Below are positions 17,196 to 18,238 of a stretch of 18,238 nt of DNA, one piece after another. The notes beneath the pieces were generated by a model. The model ran no database searches, had not been told where the DNA came from, and saw only the letters and a list, made by a program, of their open reading frames with translations. Within the stretch, counting starts at the first letter, position 1; each line of letters begins with the position of its first letter. Both the position numbers and the translations under genes were made by a program. The stretch comes from Kofleriaceae bacterium (GTDB lineage Bacteria > Myxococcota_A > Polyangia > Haliangiales > Haliangiaceae): positions 1 to 18,238 of the forward strand of contig JBKJLC010000252.1 of assembly GCA_046597055.1 (NCBI GenBank), given 5' to 3'.

Positions 17196-17684
17196 ATGGC
17201 ACTTCCTGAACCTCACCGCGTCGATCGTGTCGAACACGAAACTCTAACATTCGAGCGTCAGCTCAAAGCTCCGAGAGAAGCTGTATTTGAAGCATTTTCG
17301 GACGCGGTTGCTCGGGCCAAATGGGCTTCGCCATCCCCAACCTCTGTTGTCATTTACGACTCAGAGAATTTCGTTGAAAACGGAGAGGATGAATATCGCT
17401 GTGGATCCAAGGATGATCCGAGCATACATGGCAGAACCCACTACCTAGAGGTAGTACAAAACAGGCGAATCGTTTCTTCTGAAACGCTAACCATGAACGG
17501 CCAGAGGCTTAGTGCGTCTATCACCACAGTGGAGCTATCGTCAGTAGAATCGATGACCATACTCAAGCAGACAACCCATGTCGTTTCGTTCGTCGGCGCC
17601 TCGATGATTGACGGGTTCAAGCAAGGAAACAATGCGTCCCTAGACAACTTGATGAAGTACGTTGAGGACCGAAACGCCGCCTAA
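17196..17684 (+). CDS. SRPBCC / AHSA1-like (START superfamily) domain protein in an integron gene cassette
   Basis: HETLTFERQLKAPREAVFEAFSD...KW, YLEVVQNRRIV, LDNL; GGAG RBS; lower GC (30/60 at 17221-80 versus 47/60 at 3001-60); stop TAA lies inside GCCTAAC. Confidence 0.88.
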   Translation: MALPEPHRVDRVEHETLTFERQLKAPREAVFEAFSDAVARAKWASPSPTSVVIYDSENFVENGEDEYRCGSKDDPSIHGRTHYLEVVQNRRIVSSETLTMNGQRLSASITTVELSSVESMTILKQTTHVVSFVGASMIDGFKQGNNASLDNLMKYVEDRNAA

Positions 17685-17689
17685 CAATT
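17679..17689 (+). other. Integron attC site, left part (R'' inverse core GCCTAAC-AATT), truncated
   Basis: RYYYAAC overlapping the stop codon. CGCCGCCTAAC (17675-85) is the exact reverse complement of GTTAGGCGGCG (17151-61). Confidence 0.75.
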
Positions 17690-17755
17690 TCAGGTTCCCC
17701 CTTCTTTTCTTGGAGCCCAAGAAACCGGCTTCTACACAACTATAGGGACACGACC
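17690..17755 (-). mobile_element. IS256-family-like terminal fragment
   Basis: Minus strand reads GGTCGTGTCCCTATAGTTGTGTAGAAG, resembling IS256-type GG..GTGTC...TTGTGTA ends, then a purine-rich RBS-like tract. No transposase is retained. Confidence 0.45.
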
Positions 17756-17823
17756 GCGTGACCTCACCGCGGCCACCGCGGCATCTTCGTCGTCGTCCGC
17801 GATCAGCACGTCGAAGCGACCCT

Positions 17824-18135
17824 CTAGAACACCGACCGGTTTGAAACCATCGCGATCATGCTGCCCTGGCCCTGGTCGTGGTGGCGACGACCGAGCTTTC
17901 AAGGCGCCGCTGAATGATCTCTAGATTGCTGATGGCGCTGGCTCGTCGTAGATCGAATTCGTTCTTGCGGCTGCCGATGTAACGCGCGTGTCGACCCTGC
18001 CGGCGACACGTGTGTGCCTGGCGATGCTCGACGGGCACGCGCTCGCGGAGCTGTTGTCGGCCTGCGGACGTCGCAGCCTTCTTGCGGAGGCGGTGCTGGA
18101 GAAGTTCGTTCTCAGCGATCGCAACGTAAGCGCTG
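17824..18135 (-). pseudogene. IS1182-family-like transposase C-terminal remnant with right end
   Basis: Hand translation VAIAENELLQHRLRKKAATSAGRQQLRERVPVEHRQAH...QGRHARYIGSRKNEFDLRRASAISNLE (stop at 17856), followed by an end-like GTCGGTGTTCTAG. An in-frame stop lies upstream. Confidence 0.7.
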
Positions 18136-18238
18136 GGCGAAACCCACCGGACAGGCCGGAACGGCCCGTGCTACCGCTCGGCGAGGCGGGGACGACGACG
18201 CCTACGTGACCGTCGCGGCGACGTCGGGTTCGATGCTG

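Noticed and set aside
17756..17823. Minus-strand fragment RFDVLIADDDED resembling a receiver-domain start
   Set aside because: Too short and bounded by IS ends; it cannot be assigned.
1..18238. CRISPR array, tRNA/rRNA or integron integrase
   Set aside because: No regularly spaced repeats, RNA-gene signatures or tyrosine-recombinase motifs were seen by eye.

Overview
This is high-GC bacterial DNA; the Cys-rich lipoprotein and gene style suggest a myxobacterium-like host (inference). Positions 1-12566 hold a minus-strand run of at least 12 genes, most joined by start/stop overlaps, that continues off the left edge. In transcription order: an alpha/beta-hydrolase/beta-propeller lipoprotein, a small lipoprotein, an ICL/PEPM-family C-C lyase, a cyclic amidohydrolase, a LeuC/LeuD-like hydratase pair, a NicF-like isochorismatase-family amidase, a family III CoA-transferase, an HMG-CoA-lyase-family enzyme, a tandem nitrilase-family protein, an Asp/Glu-racemase/maleate-isomerase-family protein and a DUF2141-like protein. 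Divergent from it are a Cys-rich lipoprotein and a HutC-type GntR regulator, with an AT-rich palindromic operator candidate in between. The enzyme set reads as an uncharacterised catabolic pathway for a cyclic imide or substituted maleamate/maleate (inference). An ankyrin-repeat gene follows. Positions 15837-18135 are mobile-element debris: a TIGR04255-like pseudogene, an IS21 istA fragment, an internally deleted ISKra4-family element, an orphan integron gene cassette (SRPBCC gene between two attC halves), an IS256-like end and an IS1182-like remnant. All family calls come from motif recognition by eye; no database searches were run.
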